From: a virus
Strand: one strand, 5' to 3'
Length of the DNA: 64,000 nt
IMG/VR virus record: IMGVR_UViG_3300032893_000026
Positions 36,257 through 44,616 of this stretch are shown in pieces. The notes beneath the pieces are model-generated. The model was not told the origin of the DNA. It ran no database searches and saw only the letters and a program-made list of their open reading frames with translations. Every line of letters starts with the position of its first letter. Position 1 is the stretch's first letter. The translations under genes and the position numbers were made by a program.

Positions 36257-37750
36257 TCATGCCTGGGCCCTCCTCACCCTCCTGCCCCTCTCGGCCATCC
36301 GGGCCACCAAAGGGGACTTAATTCGTCTGGTTGCGTCCGCGTCCCGGCAGGCGTACCAGATGACTTTCTGCTCCGGCACCTGGGTGATCGAGGGCTTCTG
36401 CATAGTCCCGATACTGGCCTCTACAGGGGATCGATCCTCCGCCGGTATCGCCGCCCACCGCTTGATCGGATCGGAGTTCTTGGCCTCCACGTCGCGCAGG
36501 ATGGCGGCGGCCCTGTCCCACGGGTACTGCTTGCCCTCCTTGTCGCGTTCCATCTTGCTGCCGTCCTCCTCGAAGGGCTTGCCGCATTCGATGCAGTGCT
36601 GCACTCCCGGCTGGTCGAACAGAACCGGAGTCGAGGGATGCTTGCCGCCGTAGAATTTCCCTCCCGAGCAATGCCTCACCTTCAATTTCCACGGCTGGGC
36701 CTCGACGATCTCCGGCCACCTCAGCTTGCTGACCGCCTGGAGATACTCGATTGCCATCTCCCGCGCGTAGGGCAGCACCAGATCCTCATACTCCTGCATC
36801 TCCATGCCGAGATTTCTCCACGCCAGCACCTTCAGGCTCTGCGCCACATCCCCCAGCGTGTAGGCGTCCTCCATGGTGTCGTGCCACCTGTAGTCCACGA
36901 TCCCGGCCCCCTCCTCCAACATGGGAGCGTCGTACAACCAGTTGTGGAACACGAGCAGGGGCCTCTCGCGCCGGGCCCAGGAGTACCACTTCTGCATGAG
37001 CGGATTGTCCGCGCGGATCATATACCCGGTCCCCGGCGCCGGGCTCCAGGTCATGCACCACAGTTTCCCCCTGTCCGTCTCCGTATCCACTCCTACTTCC
37101 ATCCCGCGTACATCGAATCCCTCGCGGTAGACTACCCGCTCCAGCACATTCAACAGATCGTCTTCCGTCCTGAGGTGCCGGTAGTCGGGCTTGGGGAACC
37201 TGTCGTAGGGCAGCACCAGCTTGCCATGCCTCCACAACCACAACCGGCGGAAGTCCTCCTGGATCCGAATCATGAAGCTCGATTCCCTCAGCCCCGCCGC
37301 CGGGTGATAACACGGAAACACCGTGCCCTGCCACCCTCCGTAGTACTGCTCTTCCAGCGGGAACCCGTGCACCATCTCCAAGTCCACGTCCGTGTTGAAT
37401 ATCCGGAGGGCCACCGCTCCCAGCGTCACCACGTACTGCGGGTCCGTCTCGCAGAGTTCCCTCGGCAAATGGTGTCTTGCGCAGGCCTCCACGTCCTCCG
37501 GGTAGGGATCGTCGCCGTCCTTCGCCCCCTGCCTGCAATGGATGGCGTTGTCGATTCTCACGTCGCTCCTGGTGACCCCCGCCATGGGCATGTACTGGTA
37601 AGTCAACTCCCTGCCGCTCCTCCCCACGAACGGCACCCCCCTTCTGTCCTCCTCCTGCCCCGGCCCCTCTCCCAACCACAGGGAATTGCAAGGCTGCGGC
37701 CCGACTGCGGGGACCGGCCTCCGGCGTCTGCATCTCTCGCAACAGTCCAT
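36257..37750 (-). CDS. Family-4 uracil-DNA glycosylase fused to a PolA-type 3'-5' exonuclease
   Basis: CCERC, GEGPG..E...G.PFVG.SG, NAIHCR, YHPAAGLR; then ExoI DTET, ExoII HNWLYD, DTM, ExoIII YACRDAD. Confidence 0.9.
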   Translation of the reverse strand: MDCCERCRRRRPVPAVGPQPCNSLWLGEGPGQEEDRRGVPFVGRSGRELTYQYMPMAGVTRSDVRIDNAIHCRQGAKDGDDPYPEDVEACARHHLPRELCETDPQYVVTLGAVALRIFNTDVDLEMVHGFPLEEQYYGGWQGTVFPCYHPAAGLRESSFMIRIQEDFRRLWLWRHGKLVLPYDRFPKPDYRHLRTEDDLLNVLERVVYREGFDVRGMEVGVDTETDRGKLWCMTWSPAPGTGYMIRADNPLMQKWYSWARRERPLLVFHNWLYDAPMLEEGAGIVDYRWHDTMEDAYTLGDVAQSLKVLAWRNLGMEMQEYEDLVLPYAREMAIEYLQAVSKLRWPEIVEAQPWKLKVRHCSGGKFYGGKHPSTPVLFDQPGVQHCIECGKPFEEDGSKMERDKEGKQYPWDRAAAILRDVEAKNSDPIKRWAAIPAEDRSPVEASIGTMQKPSITQVPEQKVIWYACRDADATRRIKSPLVARMAERGRRVRRAQA

Positions 37751-37770
37751 ACCCCTGCCTCTTCTGCTTC

Positions 37771-38166
37771 CTACTGCCGCCCTTCCGTGCCCTGCTCCTG
37801 GACACGTACTACCGGCCCCTTGCACTTGGGGCACACGTACACGGCCTCCTCGCCGTCGTATTTCGGCGCCCTGATCCTGAGATAGGCCCCTAATGTCTTG
37901 AGCCTGCACTTCTCGTTCATGCACTGCCACACGGCCTTCACGTCAACCAACAGCCGCGCCCGCACGTTCCTGAACTTCTCCCTCGCCGCATTGAGTTGCT
38001 CCGGCGATATTCCCACCAGACTCTGGTAATCCTCCGGCTTCTGGCCCGGCAGCCGGAACTTGCCCTCCTTGATCGCCAACTCGTCCGCAGTCAGGTCCGA
38101 CAGGCTTAGGTTGCTTGTTTTTCCTCTTACCGGGACGCTGAACTTCTTTTTGGTGAAGTCGCTCAT
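37771..38166 (-). CDS. Small Zn-binding protein
   Basis: CMNEKC and CPKC motifs. Confidence 0.5.
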   Translation of the reverse strand: MSDFTKKKFSVPVRGKTSNLSLSDLTADELAIKEGKFRLPGQKPEDYQSLVGISPEQLNAAREKFRNVRARLLVDVKAVWQCMNEKCRLKTLGAYLRIRAPKYDGEEAVYVCPKCKGPVVRVQEQGTEGRQ

Positions 38167-38337
38167 GCAATTCCTTTCTCGCCTCTCTCATGGAGGTGAC
38201 ATACACTCTAACGTTGGGGTAATCGTAGGGGCTCGATGCCTCCCACGTGTTGTTGTAATCCCTCACTCCGTCATCGCGGAACCCTGCGCCGAGCAGATCG
38301 AACGTCTCCTCGCCGCCGAGTGGATCAACCATACTTT

Positions 38338-39150
38338 TCAGTCCGATTTAGACTCTAAATCATCACCGGCATCCCAGTCCGTCTGGGAGTCGAGGTCCTT
38401 CTCTCCGTGGATCCAGTTCAGGATTTTCCTCGCCGTCTTGGGGCCCACGCCGGGAAGAGACTGCCAGTCTTCGGAGGTGGACATGGCGATCATGTCGAAG
38501 GGAGATCGCCACTTCATCTGGCAGGCGAGAGACTTCTCGACGCCGATGCCGGGCAGTTCCCGCGCGACGGATCGAACCGGGTTCTCGCGGGATTGCAGGG
38601 GGATCACGTTCCATGGGTCGAAGTACATCGTCCTCAGGGATTTGTGATCTTTCCACTCGCGTTGGTGGTAGGAGTGGAGGGAAATGATGTTGCGGACGGT
38701 GTTGGCCTCGCCGGTAGTGCGGCGCACACGGACAGGAGTCCACTCAAGACTACACAAGAAATGATCGAAGTGCTCCCACATGAAACGCTGGCGCCCGAGC
38801 GTGACCTCGCGCCACCAGATGCGCTTGTGGTCCTTGGCGTCCTCGCACGCCTCCTCCAGCATCCCCGTCCAGGGATTGGCCCGGCACAGGCCCTCCACGA
38901 TCAGGTAACTGCGGTCGTAGAGATCCAGCATGCGGGGTATCTGCACGTCCACCAACCGGCCCGACTGCATGGACTGGAGGAGGTCGCGGATCGTCTTGCG
39001 CTCGACCCCCAGGCGCGAGGGGCCTTTGGGGGTGTTGCCGTCGAAGGCGAAGTCCCCGGCCTCCAACTGGCCCAGGGTGTACTTGGCCCCGATCTGCTCG
39101 AAGAGCGGGGCCAATTCCTTCGATCCCGTGCGGCTGTCAATCACGATCAT
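38338..39150 (-). CDS. ERCC4/XPF-family nuclease with HhH motifs
   Basis: IDSR, GDF, VERKT..DL..S...GRL, LIVEG; PGIG and LPGVGPKTA HhH; ends in a palindrome copy (38345-38361). Confidence 0.85.
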   Translation of the reverse strand: MIVIDSRTGSKELAPLFEQIGAKYTLGQLEAGDFAFDGNTPKGPSRLGVERKTIRDLLQSMQSGRLVDVQIPRMLDLYDRSYLIVEGLCRANPWTGMLEEACEDAKDHKRIWWREVTLGRQRFMWEHFDHFLCSLEWTPVRVRRTTGEANTVRNIISLHSYHQREWKDHKSLRTMYFDPWNVIPLQSRENPVRSVARELPGIGVEKSLACQMKWRSPFDMIAMSTSEDWQSLPGVGPKTARKILNWIHGEKDLDSQTDWDAGDDLESKSD

Positions 39151-39160
39151 CCGGAGGCCC

Positions 39161-39943
39161 TCAGTTCTTCATCCCTTGTATGTCGAACATGTGGGCCAAC
39201 TGCCGGGTCTGTTGCGTCTGACTTATGTCCACGGCGGTGATGCACCCGATCAGCATGCCCATGGTGAAGTACTGGACGAGACACCCCAGTAATCTTTCGG
39301 AAAACATACTGGGTTCCTTGACAGCGGACTCCAGCATGAATGGGGCAAGCCTGTCGAACACGGAGTTGTGGTGTGGATCACCCGACAACTTGGACTCGAC
39401 CGTGGTGAGGTTGGAGATACCGAGAAATCCGGCGCTCAGCACCAAGTCCCAATTGGTGGCGAAGGTGGGAGACTGCATGAGCATATTGATGGACATGCCA
39501 ATCCCCCTCTCGATGGCCTCCTGAGACAGCCCTTTCGCGTCGAGCCAATCCATCCCTTCCAGTCCCCCTTCCATCCGCACCGTACCCTCCGGCCCCGGCC
39601 CGTCGTGGAGAGTGTTGCAGAGAGCGTCGGCTAGGGGGATGACCAGTAAGTTGTAGGCCATGAGCGGGCAATTGGGCTTGCCGTCCGGGCGAGTTCCATG
39701 GCACTTGCATCCGGGGCCTCTCTCCCGCTCCTTCACGGCCTCCTGTTTGCTGCGGTAGATCTTGGCATGGAACGGATCGGATGTCAGCACCAGCCTGCCC
39801 CCCTTGTAAGTGCCGTCCGGTTCATGGATGGATGGATCGTAATCCTGGATGAACAGCCACCCAAGGTAGGGTATGGGTTTGCCGGAGGCAAGCCCTGCGA
39901 TGTGGATCAGAAACCCGGCGTTGTCCTTGTTCTCTTCGGGCAT
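39161..39943 (-). CDS. Hypothetical protein (260 aa)
   Basis: Coding-like composition, coupled in the gene run. Confidence 0.5.
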   Translation of the reverse strand: MPEENKDNAGFLIHIAGLASGKPIPYLGWLFIQDYDPSIHEPDGTYKGGRLVLTSDPFHAKIYRSKQEAVKERERGPGCKCHGTRPDGKPNCPLMAYNLLVIPLADALCNTLHDGPGPEGTVRMEGGLEGMDWLDAKGLSQEAIERGIGMSINMLMQSPTFATNWDLVLSAGFLGISNLTTVESKLSGDPHHNSVFDRLAPFMLESAVKEPSMFSERLLGCLVQYFTMGMLIGCITAVDISQTQQTRQLAHMFDIQGMKN

Positions 39944-40341
39944 TAGTGTGTCCTCCCTTCATAGTCCATCCCCCGTAACTCGAATTGCTTCTCGATACGG
40001 CGAACTAACTTGGCGATGGATCTCTCGCTCATGCGGTCCTTCACCGCCAGCTTTTCCAGTGCGTTGCACAAGAAGTAGATTCCCGCCTTTCTCGGCAGGG
40101 TGTGGGGAGGCAGTATGCACACAACGATCCTGGTTGCCTCCGAGTCGTGGTCGGGATGGCCCTCTTCATCGATGAACAGGGGGCACGCAAACAGCAGGGG
40201 GAAGGTGTTGCACGTCGTTTTCGGCCACTTCTCCATGAGCAACGTCTGAAGAGTCTTGTACTCCACCCGCTTCGGGTCCTCCGGTGTGGGGGATGGCCGT
40301 ATTTGGAACTTGATCTGTAGGATCGCTTCGGATGCTTTCAT
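39943..40341 (-). CDS. Hypothetical protein
   Basis: Stop overlaps the next start. Confidence 0.45.
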   Translation of the reverse strand: MKASEAILQIKFQIRPSPTPEDPKRVEYKTLQTLLMEKWPKTTCNTFPLLFACPLFIDEEGHPDHDSEATRIVVCILPPHTLPRKAGIYFLCNALEKLAVKDRMSERSIAKLVRRIEKQFELRGMDYEGRTH

Positions 40342-40613
40342 ATATCTTCCTTGGAGCGGACCTGTACTTGGCGTAGTATCTGTTTCTTCTGTATCCCATT
40401 AGGTCCTCAGGTCTTTTGGCTGCAAGTTGTCGAACACCTCCTGCGCCTTCTCACGAGTCGGGTAGTAGCCCGTCTCGCGCGAGTACGGGCCGCAGTTGCA
40501 GTAAGTGCCGATGTAGTAACCGGCGGGGGAGTGATAGATTCCCATCCGCACGCTCACACCACATTCAGGGCAGGTGGGCGATGCCCCGCTGGCGATTGTT
40601 TCTCCAGGCAGCA

Positions 40614-41141
40614 TTATCGTATCCCCCATGACTCCCCGGTCATCAGGAAATCCGGGGAGTAGATACCCTCCACCATGCGGAGGGCCCGGCACTGGGCGCA
40701 CCAGTTACCATCGTTGAGCGTGGGATCGGTGTTGTGCCGATCCGTGCCGTGAGCCTTGAGCAACGTCCGGTAGAGCAGGTGGATGAGCTTATCCTTGTTC
40801 TCCTCTTTATGTTTGTCCACAACCAATGAGCGCAACTCCTGGATGGTCTGACCAGTGGTCTGACCGGCGGTCTGACCGTGACCGACCGTCTGACCGTAGT
40901 CGTGCTGGCTCCATTCGGGCTTGTTGCACAGAAGGCGATGCACCTGCGCGATCATGGATTCCAACTCGTCCAGCTTTTGTCCGTTCTTCTCCACCATCTG
41001 AGATATGGTCAAGATGGGATTGGTGCGGGCCGAGATGGTGTTCAACTCCCGCATGACGTAGTTAGCGTGCGCCGCGTGCTCGTTGTGAAAGGAGCGCAGA
41101 CGCCGCAGCATTTTCTTCAGCAGCTTCTTCAGTTCTTCCAT
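40614..41141 (-). CDS. Coiled-coil hypothetical protein
   Basis: GAGG RBS; heptads; GQT tandem repeat. Confidence 0.45.
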   Translation of the reverse strand: MEELKKLLKKMLRRLRSFHNEHAAHANYVMRELNTISARTNPILTISQMVEKNGQKLDELESMIAQVHRLLCNKPEWSQHDYGQTVGHGQTAGQTTGQTIQELRSLVVDKHKEENKDKLIHLLYRTLLKAHGTDRHNTDPTLNDGNWCAQCRALRMVEGIYSPDFLMTGESWGIR

Positions 41142-41205
41142 GTTTGCTCAACTCCTCAGATCCTCGGGCCTCAAGTTGTCGAATCCGAGTCTCCTTTCCT
41201 TTCCG

Positions 41206-42090
41206 CTACTCCCAGAACCCCGCCCCCATGGTTTCGGGGAACATCGATTCCGCCATCATGGCGAAGTTACAGAGTTCTCCCTCCAGCCGCAGTCCCACTA
41301 CCGACAGCATGTTGACGCGGGAGTCGATGATCTCGATGCCGAAGCGGGCCTCCTCGATCAGGTTGTCTCCCTCCATGACCGCCTTCTGGAAGAAGTGCTT
41401 GACGTTGACATCCACGATGTAAGGCAGATCTCCGAATCCGGCCCTCTCCCATTTCCCGGTGAACACTTCCTTGCCGTCCTTGCCGAGCGCCTTGTACTCT
41501 TTTTTGACCTTGTGGATAAGTATGACGTTCAGGTCCTCCCTGTCGTAGGCCTTGTTGATGAGGGCTTTGAACTCGGCGTTGACCGGGCCGTAGTGGTGCG
41601 GCATCACTTGAGTGAGCTTCCCGAATCTGGCGAGGCGGCATAACTCCCACATCTCCGTCGCCGTGTCCACCACCATGGAACGGAAGCGGGTGTCCTCGAT
41701 GACCTGGGTGTAAGAGGCCTTCATCCGCTCCCATTCCCTCTCGGCGGCGGCCTGGGCCTTCTTCTCCTCGTTCTCGATGATCTCGTTGGCGGGGCGGAAC
41801 TGGTTGAGCACAATCTTCCTCCCCTTCCGCCGGAATCCCTTGGCGATCTCTATCGTCCCCGCATCCGTCGAGATGGCCGCAATCGGAGTCGGGGCGGTGA
41901 GGGCAAAGGTGGTCTTACCGGATTTCTCGGAGGCCGTGGTGCAGACCACCAAGCGGTAGGCCACGGAGTCGGTCACCTCCTCGAAGCCCAGCTTGGTGAG
42001 GGGGGCCGTCTTGGGGTTACCGGCCACCAGCAGACCGGTAGGGACCAACGAGTTGCCCACACTGCTCGAATTACTCGCGTTACTCGCCAT
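41206..42090 (-). CDS. Sak4-like (AAA_24) ATPase / strand-annealing protein
   Basis: SEKSGKTT Walker A, MVVDTATE Walker B, LNVILIHK; adjacent to an exonuclease gene. Confidence 0.7.
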   Translation of the reverse strand: MASNASNSSSVGNSLVPTGLLVAGNPKTAPLTKLGFEEVTDSVAYRLVVCTTASEKSGKTTFALTAPTPIAAISTDAGTIEIAKGFRRKGRKIVLNQFRPANEIIENEEKKAQAAAEREWERMKASYTQVIEDTRFRSMVVDTATEMWELCRLARFGKLTQVMPHHYGPVNAEFKALINKAYDREDLNVILIHKVKKEYKALGKDGKEVFTGKWERAGFGDLPYIVDVNVKHFFQKAVMEGDNLIEEARFGIEIIDSRVNMLSVVGLRLEGELCNFAMMAESMFPETMGAGFWE

Positions 42091-42571
42091 TGTGATCCAC
42101 CTTCGGCCTGGGCTCCGTGCTCTGCGACTTCAGCCCGGCCAGCCACTTGCCAACCCGCACCGACCACCTCCGGCGCTCGATCATCAAGTGGTGGATGGCC
42201 CACTCCGTCACCGTGCTGAACTTTCCCGCCGTGTCCGGATAGTTGGTGAACATGAACGTGGAGAGGGTGGCCTCCCGCATCCTCAGGTCCATGTACTGGT
42301 CCCAGTTGATTTTCTGGATGGCATTCGAGTCGCCGCTGGCGTTCACCAGATCCTTGATGCTCTGTTCCATCAACTCCACGGCTTTGTCGGCGTCATCCGC
42401 CTGAACTCTCGCCACCTGCACCTTCCTCTGGCTGATCAGCGTGAGGTTGTAGACCGTGTCTCCCGCAACGGCCCCCGATACAAAGTGGCCTTCGGCCTGG
42501 AACTGCGTCTTGTTGGCTATCTCCAGGTCGCACACAAACTCGACTAACACACTCATTGTGCGTTTCTGCAT
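42080..42571 (-). CDS. Hypothetical protein
   Basis: Overlapping coupling on both sides. Confidence 0.5.
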   Translation of the reverse strand: MQKRTMSVLVEFVCDLEIANKTQFQAEGHFVSGAVAGDTVYNLTLISQRKVQVARVQADDADKAVELMEQSIKDLVNASGDSNAIQKINWDQYMDLRMREATLSTFMFTNYPDTAGKFSTVTEWAIHHLMIERRRWSVRVGKWLAGLKSQSTEPRPKVDHNGE

Positions 42572-43260
42572 CTTTCCTCCATCAGTCTCTTTCCGACAAT
42601 CTGCATCTGTTTCCAGGTAGTCAGTATTTCCTTGGGCATGAACTTGAGCAGATAAGTGCGGTACTCCGGGCCGGATCCCTTATAATTGCCGTTGACCCAC
42701 ATTACGTGCAGCATGGCCCGCGTACATATATCTCCGGGAAGAGAAGCGAGGTAGCAGTAACTCTTGCACTGCGCGGGCCAGAGCCACTCCGTGCTGAACC
42801 TTTCCTGCGCCGATTCCCGATCCGAGCGGGATGACTTCCACGTCAGTTTGATCTCATGCACCAGCGGACCCCACTCGTCGAACTGCAATCCGTCGAGAGA
42901 TCCTATAATCCCGTCCCTCTCCAATTCCCCCAACCCGTGGAATCCGAACTCCGGGTGCCTCGCGCCGAGCCACTCCTCCCACGCCAGCCCCAACGCCACG
43001 CGATAGATGGCAGCCGGATAGAGAGACACAAAATCCTCGCCCCTCTGGAGCTTGTATCTGGCGAGAGTCCAGTCAAGCTCGTTGCTGTCCTCCCTCTTCA
43101 AAATCCCCACTCCCGTGGCTATCTCGCGAATGATCTCGCTGACATGCAGTCCCTCAGACCTTACTCCGGGCTCATATCTCCTGATCTCGGAATCCTGATA
43201 TCCGATCCACTTGCCCTGCATTTCGAGATCAAAATCGCTCTGTATCTCGATTACTTCCAT
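42553..43260 (-). CDS. PD-(D/E)XK (Cas4/RecB-like) exonuclease
   Basis: LHVSE, GSLDG, HEIKLT, QCKSY motifs. Confidence 0.8.
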   Translation of the reverse strand: MEVIEIQSDFDLEMQGKWIGYQDSEIRRYEPGVRSEGLHVSEIIREIATGVGILKREDSNELDWTLARYKLQRGEDFVSLYPAAIYRVALGLAWEEWLGARHPEFGFHGLGELERDGIIGSLDGLQFDEWGPLVHEIKLTWKSSRSDRESAQERFSTEWLWPAQCKSYCYLASLPGDICTRAMLHVMWVNGNYKGSGPEYRTYLLKFMPKEILTTWKQMQIVGKRLMEERCRNAQ

Positions 43261-43571
43261 GGCGCCCCCGTCGTATGCCCCAACAGCCTCCACAGGACTT
43301 CCAGGTCCTCATACTCGGACATCATGAGCTTCCTTACGCCCTCGTCCTGCATCGCCCGCTTGAGCATCCTGCCCGTCAGGTCGAAATGCGTTCCTCCCCT
43401 CCCCTCCCTCCTCTGCACCCACTCCGGCTTCGCGCCGAGCACCCCTACCGCGTAACTCAGCAGTTCCTCCTCCGTGTCCGCGAACAGGTGGGCCGCCAGC
43501 CTCCCGCGAAAGCAGACGGGGGCCCGCAGATCGGTCTTGCTTATGCGCCTGGGTTGGTCCATGTACATCAT
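43251..43571 (-). CDS. DUF4031-family protein
   Basis: YMD, HLFADTEEEL..A..LG....W.Q, HFDL motifs; palindrome variant immediately upstream (43575-43591). Confidence 0.75.
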   Translation of the reverse strand: MMYMDQPRRISKTDLRAPVCFRGRLAAHLFADTEEELLSYAVGVLGAKPEWVQRREGRGGTHFDLTGRMLKRAMQDEGVRKLMMSEYEDLEVLWRLLGHTTGAPWK

Positions 43572-43692
43572 AGGAATTTACACTCTAAATTGGCCGGGCC
43601 CCCTCGCCCTTGCCCCTTGCTGTACGGGAGCAGGAGAGGACCCGGCCTGGGGGGTGGGGGACTGGACTACCCCAGACCCCCGAATCGGGTGG

Positions 43693-44574
43693 CTAGGACT
43701 CGATGGTGATGCCCGCGTCCGACACCGACACCTTGTTGGCGGTGAGCCACGCCGTGTTCTTCAACAGTGCCATGGCCTCGTTGACCATGACGTTGCGCTT
43801 GGAAGCCGGAGCATTCTGCAAGGCCTGGAAGACCCGGACCTTGAGGTCGGTGGGCTTGGCGATAACCGTGTTCTCCTCGATGATCTTGAGAACCAGGGCT
43901 CCGACTTCGTCCGCGCCCGCCGCCGAGCCGTTCGCGCCTTCGCTGGCCGGAGCCGCAGCCGTATCCGCCGCCGCCGCCGGAGTTGCAGCCGCAGCCGCAG
44001 CCGGAGCCGCGTTGGCCGCCTGCGCCGGGGGCCTGATCGCCTGGGTGCGTCCCTGTCCTCTCGCCCACGGAGCGGAGATGATCTTGTTGGCGATGAGGAT
44101 CTGGTTGTCCCTGCCGTCATCCCTGGCGCGGGTGGAGACGAGCCCCTCGCGCTTCGGAGGAGCGGTGCGGATGCAGTGGAACTTAAGGTTCTGGAGGTGG
44201 GAGAGGGATCCGTCCGCGAGGAAGTCATCCGGCATGCCCAGCCCCCACAGGGAGGAGAGGAAGAGATAGAAGTTGCTGCCGATGGTCAGGGCCGTCTTCG
44301 ACCCGGGCATGAGTTTGTAACCGTCCTGCGAGATGATCACTTCGCTCTCCTTCGGACCGCAGGACCAGTACTGCTGCACTACCGCGACTTCGGCGTTCTC
44401 CTTGCCCTTCTCGTCGAGGGTGCCGAGTTCCATCATGACCGCCAGGACATTGTCCGCAACCGCTCCCTGGTAGTCCCACCCCACATACTGGATGGACTTG
44501 ATGATCACGTCCACGTCGTTGATAAGCCCGCCTTGGACGAAGTCCTTCTTGGCAAGGCCGATGAATTCTGCCAT
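43693..44574 (-). CDS. Possible ssDNA-binding protein
   Basis: Beta-rich N-terminal domain, Ala/Pro linker, small C-terminal domain; sits beside Sak4, the exonuclease and the helicase. Context-based guess. Confidence 0.35.
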   Translation of the reverse strand: MAEFIGLAKKDFVQGGLINDVDVIIKSIQYVGWDYQGAVADNVLAVMMELGTLDEKGKENAEVAVVQQYWSCGPKESEVIISQDGYKLMPGSKTALTIGSNFYLFLSSLWGLGMPDDFLADGSLSHLQNLKFHCIRTAPPKREGLVSTRARDDGRDNQILIANKIISAPWARGQGRTQAIRPPAQAANAAPAAAAAATPAAAADTAAAPASEGANGSAAGADEVGALVLKIIEENTVIAKPTDLKVRVFQALQNAPASKRNVMVNEAMALLKNTAWLTANKVSVSDAGITIES

Positions 44575-44616
44575 GTTCGTTTACCTTTCTTTGACCTTTC
44601 TGTGCTGAGTTATGAG

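Noticed and set aside
32330-36330. Intein or group I/II intron explaining the polymerase split
   Set aside because: No Cys/Ser...His-Asn intein ends, no maturase or homing endonuclease, and the second half has its own RBS.
41206-42090. P-loop ATPase as the missing packaging ATPase
   Set aside because: Motif spacing and the neighbouring exonuclease fit Sak4/AAA_24; it lies far from the virion genes and shows no FtsK/HerA-type signature.
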